Below the pieces are notes generated by a model that was not told the DNA's origin, searched no databases, and saw nothing but the letters and a program-made list of their open reading frames with translations. From positions 1,798,001-1,862,000 of the forward strand of contig CDRNST010000331.1 of the NCBI GenBank assembly GCA_977016875.1: a stretch of DNA of 64,000 nt. The letters run 5' to 3'. The position numbers and the translations under genes are program-made. The DNA comes from Pavona decussata (lineage: Eukaryota). Shown piece after piece: positions 33,328 through 48,300 of this stretch (the stretch's first letter is position 1; each line of letters opens with the position of its first letter).

Positions 33328-33958
33328 TATCCTAGTCTCCCAGGGGCCTGGAAACTACTGATAAAGTTGTACCAGCAACATAAGCATTAGTGGAAAGGAA
33401 AGATTTTACATCAAGTCAAAATGGGTGAGCATGTTAGCAGAAACATAAGAAAGAGGAAACTTCATCCATGGAGGATACTACACAGTGGCGCAAAGATATG
33501 AATTTTATTTTCTTGTGGTAAAATATTGTTTTTAACATGAGAAAATAACATTTATATCTTCAAGCCACCATGTAATTTTATTTTTATTATGTAGACAAAA
33601 AACGGGAACTATTATCAAAAAAGTAAGCCTGGTGGCTTGCAAGGAATTCCTTGTATAATTTTTAAGTGGTATGAAGTTTTCCTTTTCATGTTAGCATTCT
33701 CCTGTTCCTCAGTAAAGGGTTTTATGTCAGCTTCAGAGAACCTCACAGATCTATCGGTCGCCATTTCTCACTGACTGTTTGCACAAACAACTGTGAGAAA
33801 ACAGGAAATGAGGTCATCAATATCCTTACTAGTGAGGATATGGAAAATATGCCACTTGGGTGCCAGATGTAGTTTTGTATTAATTTTAGAACTGGTGTAT
33901 TTTCCAGTAAAACACTTGTCTTTATAATGATCATACATACATTTCTATACCTATTATA

Positions 33959-34129
33959 CAGTAGAACCCCGCTTTACGACCACCTCGTTATTACGACCAT
34001 TTTTTGTGCCCCGAACGAATTTAAGTCCATTCATTTTCTTTAGTTTTACAACCTTGTTAATCCGACCACCCCGTTATTACGACCACATTTTTACGGCCCG
34101 AAGGTGGTCGTATTAGCGGGGTTCCACTG
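33959..34129. mobile_element. TA-flanked pogo/Tigger-type MITE
   Basis: CAGTAGAACCCCGCT..ACGACCACC / GGTGGTCGTATTAGCGGGGTTCCACTG. Confidence 0.85.
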
Positions 34130-34740
34130 TACTATTATTGTTCTTGTTGGTTTGTGCTGGTCCATCTCCAATTTATCAAACCCATTCTTTGTTTGGAACA
34201 GACGTTTCTTAAACAGTTTTGTAAATGGTAATATTATCATTGGTGTTATCAGTGTCTCCAGGAATTGAATTAGTTTTGTACAAGAGTATTATTTAAACAT
34301 ATTTTATTTTGTCAACTGTATAGATGGGTCAAGGACTTGTCTTGTTGAAGTAGAACATATGTTAATGTAGTGGCCCATTATCATCCCCAGTGGGGACGTA
34401 CCTAAAAGTCTTAGTTACCGAAAATTTTGCTTTAGCCAAAACCATATTTTTCTCCTCCCAAATACCTTCTTGTTTTTCTGTATTAAACTGCTGCTGTGCA
34501 GAATCTTGGTTTTCAAAAATAATGAGCAATACTTAAAACACACAAATTTCAAAATTGACAACTTTGAGCTACTAGGTCCTTATCTTTTTTTAGACGCAAG
34601 TATTATCCCTGTCAAGATTTTATTCCATGCTAGTGAATAGCAAGTCAAAGAATGGAAAACTGTTTACATTATCTTGTGAGCTATTCTTTAGCCAGTTGGT
34701 TAAAAAAACGTTATGTGCATTGCTTTACCTATTTTGACAT

Positions 34741-34998
34741 TAGAGCGGTTTTCAACCGAGTACCGAAAGTAATTTCGCGTTTGCTTTGGTTTGCATTACT
34801 ACGTTCCGTGATTGGTCAGCAAAACTCGCGCCACCTTCTAAATCAAAACCAATTGTGTTTTGGCCGCGCGCACTTGGCGCCAGTTACATGTATTTGCTTT
34901 GAATTCTGATTGGCTCATGTTGTTGTTTACATCTGGTGCAATTGGTCAGAGTAATTACTTTGGTTTTGGTTTTACGACACTCAGTTGAAAACCGCTCT
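34741..34998. mobile_element. MITE with TAGAGCGGTTTTCAA termini
   Basis: Perfect 15-bp TIR and internal GATTGG repeats. Confidence 0.85.
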
Positions 34999-36922
34999 AA
35001 ACAGCAAACAAGTGATTAGTTTGACTGTGTATACACTCTCTCAGTGATTGGTGTGAAATAGCAATTTTCATGATAATTCAAAGCATTGCATATAATTTGT
35101 GTATAAGGTATAAGTTATTTATAGATAATCCTCAAAATTATGTTTGTTAGCTCAAAGCATTATTAATTTTATTATTGTGACAATAATTATTCCTTGTTAG
35201 ATGTAGATGATAGAATCAGAATATATGTAGTGATGTACTGTAAATAAATGCAATTATTTTTACCGTAAAGTGATTGCTTCATGCGTTTTGCAAAACTACT
35301 TCTAGCTTGCATGTGCAAGCCCCATTTTGATCTTGAACATATTACCCACATACCTAGTAAATCTCACGGAAAAACTAACTGATGATCATGTTTACTGGGT
35401 GGAAATGGGGAATGCTTGATCAAGTACAGGGAAGTAGGACAATTCTTCACTCCAAGGTTGCTTGGTGCTGGTACCTTTTACAGTGCTACGTATTTTTCAT
35501 TAGCAAAAGCGGATCTAGGGCAGGCCAAGGATAAACTATTAAGTATATGCTGCCCCAAGGGGTATACTTTTTGAGCTGTTTTGCTCTAAAATGGGTCAAG
35601 ATTTTAACTATTTTGGACTGAAAACTGAAAACGTGTATGGTCATGGTTTGGAAAATCATCTTATGATGTCACTTCTTTATCAAACATACAGGTCACAAGA
35701 ATTAGGGAATACTCACCAACGAGAAAACGTCTCAATGATTAAAGAAATTCTTCCAACTAGTTCCAAAGAAATAGGTCAAAAATTAGGAAAATATGCATGT
35801 TGTGGAAAAGAGATGATCCTGTACCACCGATCACAACAAAGTGTTGTAAAATGCATCTGATTATTGTCATAGAAAATGGTGCCATCATAATAACAAAATA
35901 ATGAAACACACTCCAAGTCTTCTCAAACAAATGACTTTTTTTTACAACTCCTTAAACAATAATCAAACAGTTTAAACCAAGGAATGCATGAACACTAAAA
36001 TCTGATGTGGTATTCACAACATGTCTAAACACATAAAACTCTGCAACAACAGCATAGGCCATAATCTAACCAACTCGCACTGAAACAGGATTAAGTTTTG
36101 TCTAACAACATGGAAAGATCATCACAAAATGCCAAATTGGACACTTACAAAACTGACCCTCAAAGTTCGCATTTCTATTTCAGTTGGGTAAACTAGTTGG
36201 TCTACAGGAGTGTACAATAGTAAATTAGAGATCCTGTGCTCAGTGAAGTTAAGTTTGAGAAACACTCTATCTGAAAGACCAGTTCCTCTTGTAATATATT
36301 TTATATAGCAGGGGCTTCAAAAAAAATTCCAGTACGACTCACTCTCTATCAAATTCTACCTCAAGACTCAGCAATGGACAAAATTGAATAAGGTGAGAGC
36401 TCTGGGTCACATCACAAGATTGGAAAAAGGCCAAGAATTTCGGACTAATTCTGTGCCCAGTTGCATAAAGCATCTTTAAGAAGGTAACTGGAAGTTTTCC
36501 ACAACCATTTTCTGCAGTCCGAACGATTTTCTCAAGCACTACATTGGATCAGTCGGCTGATGGTCGTTTACTTGGGATGGGTAACGCAGATAGAGCACAA
36601 GAAAATGATTTGGAAGACAGGGAATGACAGCAGAAACCTGCCACTTATCTTAAGATGCTTCATGCAACTGGGCCCAAAGACATACAGCTCCAATATTCCA
36701 TAAGGCCAAAGAATCAGAGACTCTAGTTTTAAGCAACAAGATTTCAAATACACAAAGAAAAAATTGCTTAAGAGCACTGTTTTCAATAGACTATTACACA
36801 CCCCTTGTTGTTACCTCAGATTTGTTGCAAGAGGACTAATAATTGCTTTTAATTAGTATACAAACTAAACCAGTGGACAGTGTTTTTCTGACTAGCTGCT
36901 CAATGCATCTCCTGGTATTGTC

Positions 36923-37167
36923 CTGGCCCCAGTTGTTCAAAGGCCGGATAACTTTATCCGCTGGACAAGGCACTATACAGGGTCTAAAATATACTTCACG
37001 TTAAACGTTGTCCAAGGTTTTCGTACACCCTCAAATTTAACTCTGGTTAGAGTGTGCAAATTCGCTTGTACAAGAGAAAATACTGAAATCTTTGCACAGA
37101 TTGAAACTGTTGGATAGTGACTTATCCACAGGATAAAGTTATCCGGCCTTTGAACAACTGGCCCCTG
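36923..37167. mobile_element. MITE with CCAGTTGTTCAAAGGCCGGATAAC termini
   Basis: Near-perfect inverted termini of about 35-40 bp. Confidence 0.85.
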
Positions 37168-37424
37168 GATTTCATGCCCAAGTTAATTTTGCCAGTTTGT
37201 CAGAAATAAAATAACTAAATACTTCTCCTTTATCACAGTAATTTAAATTTTTGATGTACAGAAAGTAAAGCAAATCCATTGACACTGCTGGAGAGAGCAC
37301 CTTAAAATAATTAAAGACCAAGCTTTTGTCTTGTAATAGCAAAGATACAGCTTCCTTGAGTCTCAAAATTTTGCAGACATTAATATGGAAACGGGCGAGT
37401 TTTCCCCATCTTCATACAAACGTC

Positions 37425-37425
<1 letters not shown>

Positions 37426-37464
<39 letters not shown>
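37426..37464. repeat. (AAT)n microsatellite
   Basis: Visible directly in the sequence. Confidence 0.95.
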
Positions 37465-39388
37465 TTAAAGACTAATATAGTGCTATTATCACCAAAGTCA
37501 ATGTCTGAGAGCACTCTACATGTTTAAAAAATATCAAAATATAAGTCCTGAATTTATGGAACTATATCTTTGGTATTTTAAAATCAAGACTCAAAAACGT
37601 GACCTTCTAACTGATTTTAAGCTAGCCTTTCCAATGATGTCAATAGTTTTTCATTACCTTGCCTATATCAAAATTTTAAATTGGTGTGATAAAAGTCTAT
37701 TGGTTTGGTATACACTATTTAAAACAATACTTATATTAACCTCAGTGTCGATGAAAAGTGGTAGATATTACCTCTCCACCATTGTCCACCTCCGCTTTGG
37801 CGAAGAATTCACTCACAAGGTTTTAAACCTTTTTTTCACTGCATTACGGCGTCGATTTTACATTAAGGTGCTACAATTACACTACAGGATAATGACGGTT
37901 TTTAAACTGTTGTTTAAACAACTGTTAAAATTGTTACTGGATATTAATAATTTTTTCAGAGATTATGTATCAAAATAAATCTCTTGTAAAACCCCTGATT
38001 TGTTGTTTCTGGTAAAAAATAAATGTACACCATAAATAATCAACTTGACAGATAACAAAAATTACTCTGATTTTCAGGACTAAAGTAGTGTTTAAGAAAT
38101 CAACGTAGATTAACCCATAGGCCTGTAAGTAAGAAAACTTCTGTAGAAAACCACAACTGTGTACAAAACCTCTTCTTTGTAACTATTGACTAGATAACAG
38201 AAAATTAATGTGCTTCCAGCAGATGCTATAAAAGTTCAAAGAAAAGCTTCCACACCACAACAACGATTTGCATTTTGCCACATAATGCATGGGTGTGTCT
38301 CTGTAATTCCCTCAATAATTGCCAGCTGCATACTTTATAATGCTGAGAAGATCCAATATTTTTTTAATTTCTGAAATATAGTGTCAAAGGCAATATCTCC
38401 CGAGAGCACAAGAGGCTCACACGTGAAGTGGAACAGCAGTTCCCTCAAAACAATCCCAAAGATTTACTGTGCAAATTATACTTCTTCATTTACCTCTTCT
38501 ATTTTAATAAGTCTTGCACACCAAGCTTTTAAATGTGCGTACTTCTTCAAGGCTGCTACCTAACAGGAGCCCTTAGCCTATGTTGCACAAGAAAATGCTC
38601 TGGGGACCTATATTTTGGAGTGCTCAGCACTTAACACTTCACATGATGGGCTCCTAACTTCTTGGCTTTTGCTCTTGTGGGCTGCTTGAAATTTTTCTTA
38701 GGTAACAGCCTTGCCTATTACACTACTCTTTAAAAGGAAACCTCTGAAAAGTTTGATGACTTGTGAGGTGTTTTTATCATGAAAACTGTGACCCGCCACT
38801 TCTTTTAAAAGAAATGTCACCTCGTAAGAGGTAAAAGAAGGTGGCAGATGTATTGTGTGGCTTGTAAAACCTTTAAAACGTTCCGCAGACAACCTCCTTG
38901 TACTTTTGGGAGCTAAAATCATGCTACTCTGATAATAATATTATATATACAGATTTCAGAAGTTCTTGATGTGTCAAGATTAATGTCACAAGATCAGTAT
39001 GACCATGAAACTATCTTACTGGAGTTTTGAAAACAAAAATTGACGAATGACTTTGCATGCAAAAAGGATGCCTTCACTATTCCACGAACTTAAAATTTAC
39101 ACATTAATTTACATTTCATTCTAAGGTAACTTTCTGTATGAAATAATCCCTTGGAAAATTAAGTGTTTGGTGGCACACTTTTGGAATTAAATTCTCTTGC
39201 TTTCAAGGTTTGTGTCAGTATATGGATAAAAGTCTTGTACTGAAATAAATCCCAGCAAAGTAGGCAAGTGTTGTCTTGACAGAAGATGAGTATCAAAACT
39301 AAATCTTTTTTTGGAAGACACCAGATGCATGGTCCATGCTGAAGTTTGAACAGCACAAACGTTTGACGCCATCAATTTAGAAATTACA

Positions 39389-42300
39389 TCATGCTATTAA
39401 TGCAGCAAGGAATACCCACAGCGTTGAGATGAGTAACCACATTCCCACATGGTGCCGTGATGCAGAATTTCCTTTAGATCCGGGGTCAGGATTCTTAACA
39501 CCTCCAGCAAATACATTTTCATCACCATTGCCATTACCAATCGTATTGTCTGGTTCAGTTGCGGGTGGATCTGTATCGTCTGGGATCTTATTTTCGCCGC
39601 TGTCACCGCTGCTGCCACTTCCACTTCCTGAGCCACTGTCATCTTCACCATCACCACTAACAAAATTGATGATTTCTTCGCCATTTAAAGCTGCATTCAA
39701 CTGAACAACAATATCTTTAAGTTTATCGATAGCTCGCTGAACAGCTGGTTTGAGGTCATCATCAACATCATTCCCACCATCATTAGGACTCGTGTAACTA
39801 TGAAAAAATGATAAATGAATATGTTTAATTCTTATTTCCTGGGTTGGCAATAATATTACTATACTTTTCAAAAACAAACAGACTTTTAGTCCTTTTTAAA
39901 ATGTTTCCACCAGTAAAAACATAGAATGAATGACACAAGATATGAAATTTTTTTTTTTTTTAATGAAAGCCACATTAAGACTTTCAAGGCTACCAAACAT
40001 CGCGTCTTTCAACAGCCTTTATTTTCAGGGCATCAAGACTTTCTTGTTCGTGCAAAAAAAAATGAGACTGAGAAGGCTGTGACAAAGATTAAAAGACTCA
40101 CAAATGGTTTGATGAAAAACTTGAATGTAAAAAGCAAACAAATGTGAAAATATTAACAGATCAATGGTCTGCATTAATTACTACAATCTCCACTTACAAA
40201 ACATCCACAAGTTTACAGCATGTTTCGTGTAGATCTATTCTAAAGCAGGAGTTTAAAAGCTGTAATGTAGTTACAGATTTTGAGCAATAAATATGCTTAC
40301 CTTCCTTTGCCAATGCCATTCCAACAGTCAGAGTTTTTATCTTTGATAGAAATGTCACCACAAATGTTTTCTGGGAGAGCACCCCAGAAGTTGTCTGCTA
40401 TCCTCACTTTACCTTTGAAACTTGTACTCAATCTAGGGGAAACCAGGCCATTAAAATAAATATGCAGAAACAAATAAGGTCAAAATATAAAATCAATGCA
40501 CTTCAATGCAAAACTTTTTCACATGCAAATTGAGCAGCTTAAACATTTTGTAAGCTTACTGCATTGTGAAGTGTTAGGATTGTTTCAAATGCTGCAACTT
40601 TATGAAGGTTTTTGTTTGTTAATAAGAAGAGATGCACTGATTCACTTACTTGTCCAAGTTAACTTGTGACAAAGCTGTTCTTGGTAAAGCGGCTGCATCA
40701 CTATCCCTTCTTTGCCTGTTGCTTCCTTCAAGAAAGAAATCATCTGTAGATCTTTTTGACAGGCCAGGGTTACCACATTCTCTAGCTTGGAACACCTAAG
40801 AAAAAATGACCCCCCTTTGTAAAACAGTGTTTTGACACTAAAATCAAATTTAGAGGTTTGCACACAAAATGATTTTTGGAAAGGTAAATACAGGGTTCTT
40901 TCACTTTCATGAAAAAATTCCAAGATTTTGCCAAGGGCTCAATTAAATACAGTTAAAACGGCTCCAAATTACTGTAGCTTTAAATGTACAAAAACTTCAG
41001 TAACTCTGTACATTAAAAGTCATTACATGTTTGTGGATTTTTAAGACATTATCAGTAAAATTTTCCCTAGAAAGTAACCAATGAAAATTCCAGGAGTTTC
41101 CACAATATCCCATAGTATACAACAAATGTACTTAGTCTTGAGTAAAAATGACGCAGAACTGTAATATTTCTACCCTGCTAAGAGAGGCTTTTCCTTTCCT
41201 ATTTCTTGGCTGGGGTGGAGGATTTTCTCTTGCAGATCCTAAACAAACCAACTACACAAATACCAGAGACGCAAACATCTTTGTACATGATAAAAAAACT
41301 TGCCAAAAAGAAACACTCTCCTAACGGGGTATAATATATCAACCATTGAGAATGGCAAAAAAAGCTCTGATCATATCAAATCAGAAACAAAATGTTAAAA
41401 AATCACCACTAGGAACACAGTAAGAATTCCATGCAGAAGAACAAATGTTTGGTTTTATCAAAAGAGTCCATAAGGTTATTTAGCTAGTGCGTGTACCCCT
41501 CAATGAGACAGCAATCAACAGGGTTACATCAGTGTTTTCAAAATAAGCCGTCGGCCGTCACATGCGGCGGCAACTTTTCTATTTGCGACGCCTATTTTCA
41601 CTCTGATAAATTCCCAAAATAAATAAAGCGATTGATAAATAACTTACTAGTCTACCAATGAGCTAATAAAGCAATAAAAAAACAAGCCTGGCTCACATTA
41701 CGCAAAAACAATCACATAAAACTAGAATGAACGACGATCGAAGCGAACATCGAGTGAACCTGGAGTAGGCTCAGTTGCTGGGCAGCGGTTTCTTTCAGCC
41801 AGTACTTCATGTAGTACTCATTATAAGCACATGGCGAACTTCACGTGAATTGAGTTGCTGTGAAGTTGGCGTGAATTTCGCACTTAAGATGCAGAGTTTG
41901 GTCAAAGTTGGTATAGATAGCGTAAAGTTTGAGTACAGTTCGCGCACAGTTGGAGTAGAGTTCATGCAACGTTTGCGTAGAGTTTTCGTAAAGTTTGCGC
42001 GTAAAGTTGTTGTAAATAAACAGGAAATTATTGTTTAGGTTGATAACAACTACGTTAGTCATCGACTGTTATCTTCAGCACTGATGATGTTTTGTGAGAC
42101 TGACAAACGTTAGTCAAAATCTTCTCAAGTGGAGGCAACAGCCACATGAACATTCTGAAGGGTGACGTACTGAGGCCCTTTGGTTTTGCCTTCTGTTTAA
42201 GCCTGTAATAGCTTTTTTATAACCAATAAAGTGACAAATTGCCATGTTTTCAACAAGACTCGAACTGACCGTTTAGTACTTCAGAAAGCAGGAAAATGCA

Positions 42301-45300
42301 TCTCTGAGAGAATAGCATGTCAAAATTTTCTGGGGGAGAATGCCCCCAGACCCCCCTAGTTCAGGCACGGCCCTCCCAGCCTTGCGCAGACACTATGTTT
42401 CTGCAATGACTCTGTGTCTGCAACGTCTACTTTAACAGGTCCAACTTCTACTTGAAAACCTACTGAAAACGCTGGTTAAATGCTTGTGGAAAATTGGATA
42501 AATTATTCATTTCCATGTAACAGACAACCCCATCTTAAGGCCAAAACAGCAGTGCAGTACACAACAACATGTGGTTTGTTTGCGCATCTGGTCCTTTATC
42601 AGATCATGGCATTGCTGTCTCTAATGGAATTTCACAGAAGCTTTCACTGTGAAGGTCAAACCCTTGATGTTTGTAAACAATGTGTATACTGCATAACGGT
42701 ACACGTGAAAGTTACATTGCACTGATGGCACCTCACAAGGAGCTTTCATTTTTCAATGGGTTTGGGTTCAGGAGTGACTCTCCACAACTTCTATTCACAA
42801 CAACATTCCTCCCACCTGTCTAAAGAGATTTGAGCGCTGACATTTCAGAGCATTAGTCTTTCATCAACCCTTCAAAAGAGCCAATATTGAATCCTTACCT
42901 TTTCCTTCACATCCTTCATTTTGTCTGCACTTTGAAAGTTCATGATGGCAAAAGAAATCTTGAGGTTTAATCGCGTAATCACATCTTGAATGTTGGTGGG
43001 ACCTGTCTGCTTCTCCAACATGTCATTTAAAGCCGCCATGTAGCTTTGCCACTGTGTATTAACCTTGGCAACATCGGCAAGACAACTTTTGTACACGTCA
43101 CTGCAAAACTTGAAACAAGGTTTTATAGATGTCATCGCTTTGCACCAAGAACAATATTTTAGCTTAACAAGCTGATTCTCGCAATCCTTAGATGAGGATA
43201 CTGCATTTCCAAGCATGTGGGCAACATCCCGGCCAGCATGAAGAGCTTGTGAAAAAGTCCTTGCATGAATCAAAACCTTGCGCACTTGTGGTTTCAACTT
43301 TTCAGGGACATCACCAAAAGGCTGCAACTTCTCCATGTGTCGGGAGACACAATTCAGATATGAGTCAGAAAACTGGTGGCGATCATTCATGATCTGGAAC
43401 ATACGTTTCATAAGACTTTTGAAGAACTTGTCCATAATGTTGTTTACATCTGAACTAGTTGCGCCATTGTAGTAATCTGTCAGATCGACAAACAAGTCCA
43501 TGAATATTTTGGTGTTTTGCTGGTAATGGAGACCATAAATCTTTTGGAACATACTGTCCAGCTCCTGTTGCGACTGCTTGATCAACCCTCGAAAATAATC
43601 TGTAAGATCAAGGATAAAATGAAATAAGCAACATTATTTTATTAAATAATCATTGTAGTTCAATTTTTTTTTACTTTAAAAAATTTTCGAACCAGTTTGA
43701 CTTTTATTTCCCTTTATCTTGGATCATGGTAATGAATACTGCACAGAGAAATAAAAATTAAACTGGTTTGAAAAATTTGAAACCACAACATCACCATGCC
43801 AGGAACACATTTCTCGTGGTTGTAATAGCTTAATTTATGCAACAGAAGCCATTCGCAGGTTAGTCTGACGCAAGCACCTGATATTCAAACTTCAAAAAGG
43901 TCTAAAAAATGCGTTACCGGGCTAAAAATAAAATGCATGTCACAAACTGTCAAGGAAAACTTAATATTTATGAAACAGGTAGCAATTGGGCAAATTATAA
44001 GGAAAACAGCACATTACAGGGTACAAATCTGAAATTCAACTGCTCATAAGAAAAGAAAAAACTTTCTGGTTTTTAGAGTTAAAACCCGAGAAGGAAGAAT
44101 GAAAAATTGCTTTGGAAATTTGAGTGCCTGGACAAGTGATTCCATGCACTGCTATTCCGCTACACTCCTACTCAAACATTTTCACTGTTTCTACTATAGA
44201 ATTGACATTTAATTTAACGAAAGCAAAGCAGCAAATAAACGTTACTATTTCCTTTGCAAAAAATGCATTTAACATTTTCCAAGACTATAACAAAACACAA
44301 ACTGATCAGCTTGTATTCACCACAGTTGGCATCTGCTAAATGCAAATGCCCTCAGATTAGTTACACATTCAACTGATTGAATGGCTAGGTGAGAAGAGGT
44401 GTTTGGAAACACTGATGTGTGAAACATCTGCATCTCAAATGAATTTCTTACCATGGAATAAAGTTCAAAATTCTACCACGATTAATTATTAATTGCACTC
44501 AAATTCAAACCTGAATGAACTAAATTACCAATTCCAGACAATAAAATCACCTTCACAGTCTGCCAAAGCAGGTCACATTAAATTTTAACAATTTTATTCA
44601 GTTGCAAAATATTTTGTTCGAAAAATTTTTGACAGGATAAAAAGCATGAAATTCTTAACGTTCTTGCCTCGAGTCAGTGGATAAAATTTGACAATGACCA
44701 TGACCATTCAAATTTATCCTCTATATTGAGCTGAATTTTTCTGTGAAGGTGGTTCAAGATGAAATTTTATCTGAAAACTACAGCTTAATGTTCTTGGGGA
44801 TTAACAGTGCTAAGCAATTCAGCAGAAGGGTGGAAAATGATTTTATCTGCAAGTCGGACTCATAATTTAGGGTCTGGTCAATCCTACAATAATAATACAG
44901 AATCTGCTTGGATTAATAGATTAAACAGAGGGGAAACAGCAGAAGCGTTCAATTTTTTTTTTTTTTTGCACCACAGTTCCCAGGTACAGTTTTGTTCATC
45001 TTTCATCCAAAATGTACAGAGACCACAGAAAACAGGTTGATTTTGAAGGGAAGTTGGCGACGGGGGATCAAGTTTCAGGCAGGTCATTTTAGACCAACTG
45101 TTTTTAAGGGGGGAAGGGGGGGGGGGGGTTAATTGGGGTGGGTTTACATATTTCCCCAAAATACCAGCATTAAACTGAAGGCTGAAAACTATTTTTAATT
45201 TCAGCTGTGGAGCTATGGAACAGTTTACCTGTTAACATATGAGTATCAAGGCTTTTAAAAATAGTAATCGTGATTTTTTTTTTGGACCAGTATGTTGGTG

Positions 45301-48300
45301 TCATGAATGTTAAATCAACCAGCTTATCTTCTTTTTATTTATAGTTTAACAACTTGTAGGAATCAGCCACAAGTTTGTCAGTGTTTATAATGGTACTGTG
45401 TTTTTACCCATGTTAAATAAAGCTACTACTACTACTACTACTACTACTACTGCTACTGCTACTGCTGCTGCTACTGCTACTGCTATTGCTGCTGCTGCTG
45501 CTACTGCTACTNNNNNNNNNNNNNNNNNNNNNNNNNNNNNNNNNNNNNNNNNNNNNNNNNNNNNNNNNNNNNNNNNNNNNNNNNNNNNNNNNNNNNNNNN
45601 NNNNNNNNNNNNNNNNNNNNNNNNNNNNNNNNNNNNNNNNNNNNNNNNNNNNNNNNNNNNNNNNNNNNNNNNNNNNNNNNNNNNNNNNNNNNNNNNNNNN
45701 NNNNNNNNNNNNNNNNNNNNNNNNNNNNNNNNNNNNNNNNNNNNNNNNNNNNNNNNNNNNNNNNNNNNNNNNNNNNNNNNNNNNNNNNNNNNNNNNNNNN
45801 NNNNNNNNNNNNNNNNNNNNNNNNNNNNNNNNNNNNNNNNNNNNNNNNNNNNNNNNNNNNNNNNNNNNNNNNNNNNNNNNNNNNNNNNNNNNNNNNNNNN
45901 NNNNNNNNNNNNNNNACGCTTCTAACTTCTTGGCTTTTGGCCTTGTGGGCTCCTTGAAATGTTTTCTTAAGCAACACCCTTGATGATTATCGGCCATTTT
46001 CGCTTTAAGTTTCCTACCGCTGCCATTTTGGTGTTATGATGCCATACAGTTGCCGCTATTGTCAGTAAGCAGAAGTTCTTTTGTGTGAAACTGAGCAACC
46101 ATGTTACCTCACGTAATCCAACATGGCAGTGCCCGGGAAATTTAAAAGCGAAAATAGGCAATAATCAAATCCTGTTTTCTCCCACAGAAATATTATTTTC
46201 ATGCTCTCCAACAAAATTTGAAATTAGATTGTATTTTCACCAATTTGACATAATTTCTTTTCAGGTTGAGGGTTTAGTTTACAGCTTCCGTGCATGAAAA
46301 CTCCCATTTCTTTGTCTATCTGATGAACGGGACTGGACAATATTCTTTGATAAGGCATGGTCAACAATGAACTTGCAAAGAATTTGTTCGACGTATTTAC
46401 AATTTAGTTATAGGTGTAACTTGAAAAGAAAAAAGAAATCCCTAATTTCCACCGGTTTTTAAAGAATGTCCCTGATTTTTTGGCAGTGGGGCACAATTTT
46501 TATAATGAACAATTTACAGCCCCAGATATTGTTCTTTATTTACGCAGTTTACTTCACAACAATGTGTTTCTGTAATTTTCTAGTCTTTTCGGTCATGCAA
46601 CATTAAATTGAATGTGTATCGGAATTGTGCACAGTATTGTAAACCGTGCTAAGAATAGACGGCTGACCCTTTTAGCTGTTAATTTTACTCATTTTAACCT
46701 AAAAAGCTATTACGCAGGTGAAAGATCAATATTATTCTTATCCCTTTCTTTCCGTAAATTCCTGAAGTGGGAGAATTCAGCAGGTTTCCAGCTACCAGCT
46801 ATGCTTAAATCCTGCAAGTATCTCAGTATTTTATAACAAAAAGTTTGTTTGCATGTCTAGACAATGAGCCCGTGAGATCAAGATTTATCACCAATACCAA
46901 GCTAACCAATGTGGCCTTTAAATAATGTTACATTTCATTTGTTATGATGTTAAGGTGAACATTATAAAACATGCTGCAGTAAGGTCTTCAGTAAAACTAA
47001 CCCTCATATATGGGATCATCAAAGGAAGACCTCTACGCCAAAAGAAAAGTTCTAGATTTATATCTGCTACAGTGAAGCGCTAATCGCATTAACAACTATT
47101 GGATTCATTAAAATATTTTCATCTTGATTGGGCTCGAACTTATTCGCTGTTAAACAGTGAAAAGAAACAACAAGGGTTTTATCAAGTCAGGAAGGGTAAC
47201 ATACGGCAATAAACTAAAATATGCCAGCAAGACATCTGATACTCTGTTAATCTGAACCCTTCCTTTAACAAAATCATGATACAGTACAGTGCTCTGATTG
47301 AACAGCATGTTTGAATTTGATAATTAGGGAGGTGGATATTTTTGTACTTAATCCAATTATGATGCAATTCCGTTAGCCATGACCCCAAACAGAGACCGGG
47401 GGTTAGCGAAGTCTTGTTCGCTTTTTAGCGCTCCATCGCTTCCTTCGTTGAACATTTTGGAATCCTCACTTCCGGCTGTGGAAGCCATGAAACGTGCAGC
47501 CCTCTAATATCAAGAAAACACTGCTTAAATTTCTAACGATACACCGTAAATTCATTGGTTGCATTAAAATTTAGTTCAGTTTGGATTTAATCAGAACCTA
47601 AAGAAACGCGCTTAGTAACGAAAAACATGATTCATAACATTCTTTATGATCAATATCGAGTTAGGTTGTAAATCACGCTTGGCAAACGACTCATATTTCA
47701 TCTGCTCTTACAATTTTACAAGCCCTTTACACGACTAACATACAGTTTGGTTTGTGGTTCACATTGTTAGCTGAGTAAACCACGAATTCGCAAAACAATC
47801 AACAGGACAATTTTTCATTATAAAAGAACTAAAGAGTTCATGTTATTCAATAGCCTCAGGCTACGACAAACTGCGACAAACAAAAGTCAAACTTTAAATT
47901 TACGATTCGCTTGAAATCATTTATATTTTTAACACTACACAGCTAGAGGAACAAAACAGTTATTCCCGTGACCCTTAGAAGAGGGCATTCGAAAAAACGA
48001 CAGCCGTGTTTTTTGTTCTTTGACATGAACCCATGTGTTAGCAAGCTCGGGTTTATAAACTTTATTGTTTGGCGACGCAGTGATAGATGTATCGCAAGTT
48101 TTGTACGTCAAAAAGAGTACGATACTATAGCAAATCAAAAATCGTGAGCAATTGTTGTAATATAATCCCGCCATTTGGTAGTTGCCGAAAGACTTTAGGA
48201 CGCACCGAGCCGGTCTTTCGACATATTCATTTCAAACTGAATATCGCAATCTTTTGTGCTTAAATTTTCACGCCGTAAAGCGTGAATCAAGCCGACGGGT

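Noticed and set aside
37520-37978. 152-aa ORF between the glypicans
   Set aside because: AT-rich F/L/K/I composition, no recognisable domain and no splice context.
42081-42114. Hammerhead-like CTGATGA...ACAAACGTT
   Set aside because: The essential G of GAAA is missing and stem I does not pair. At best a dead relic.
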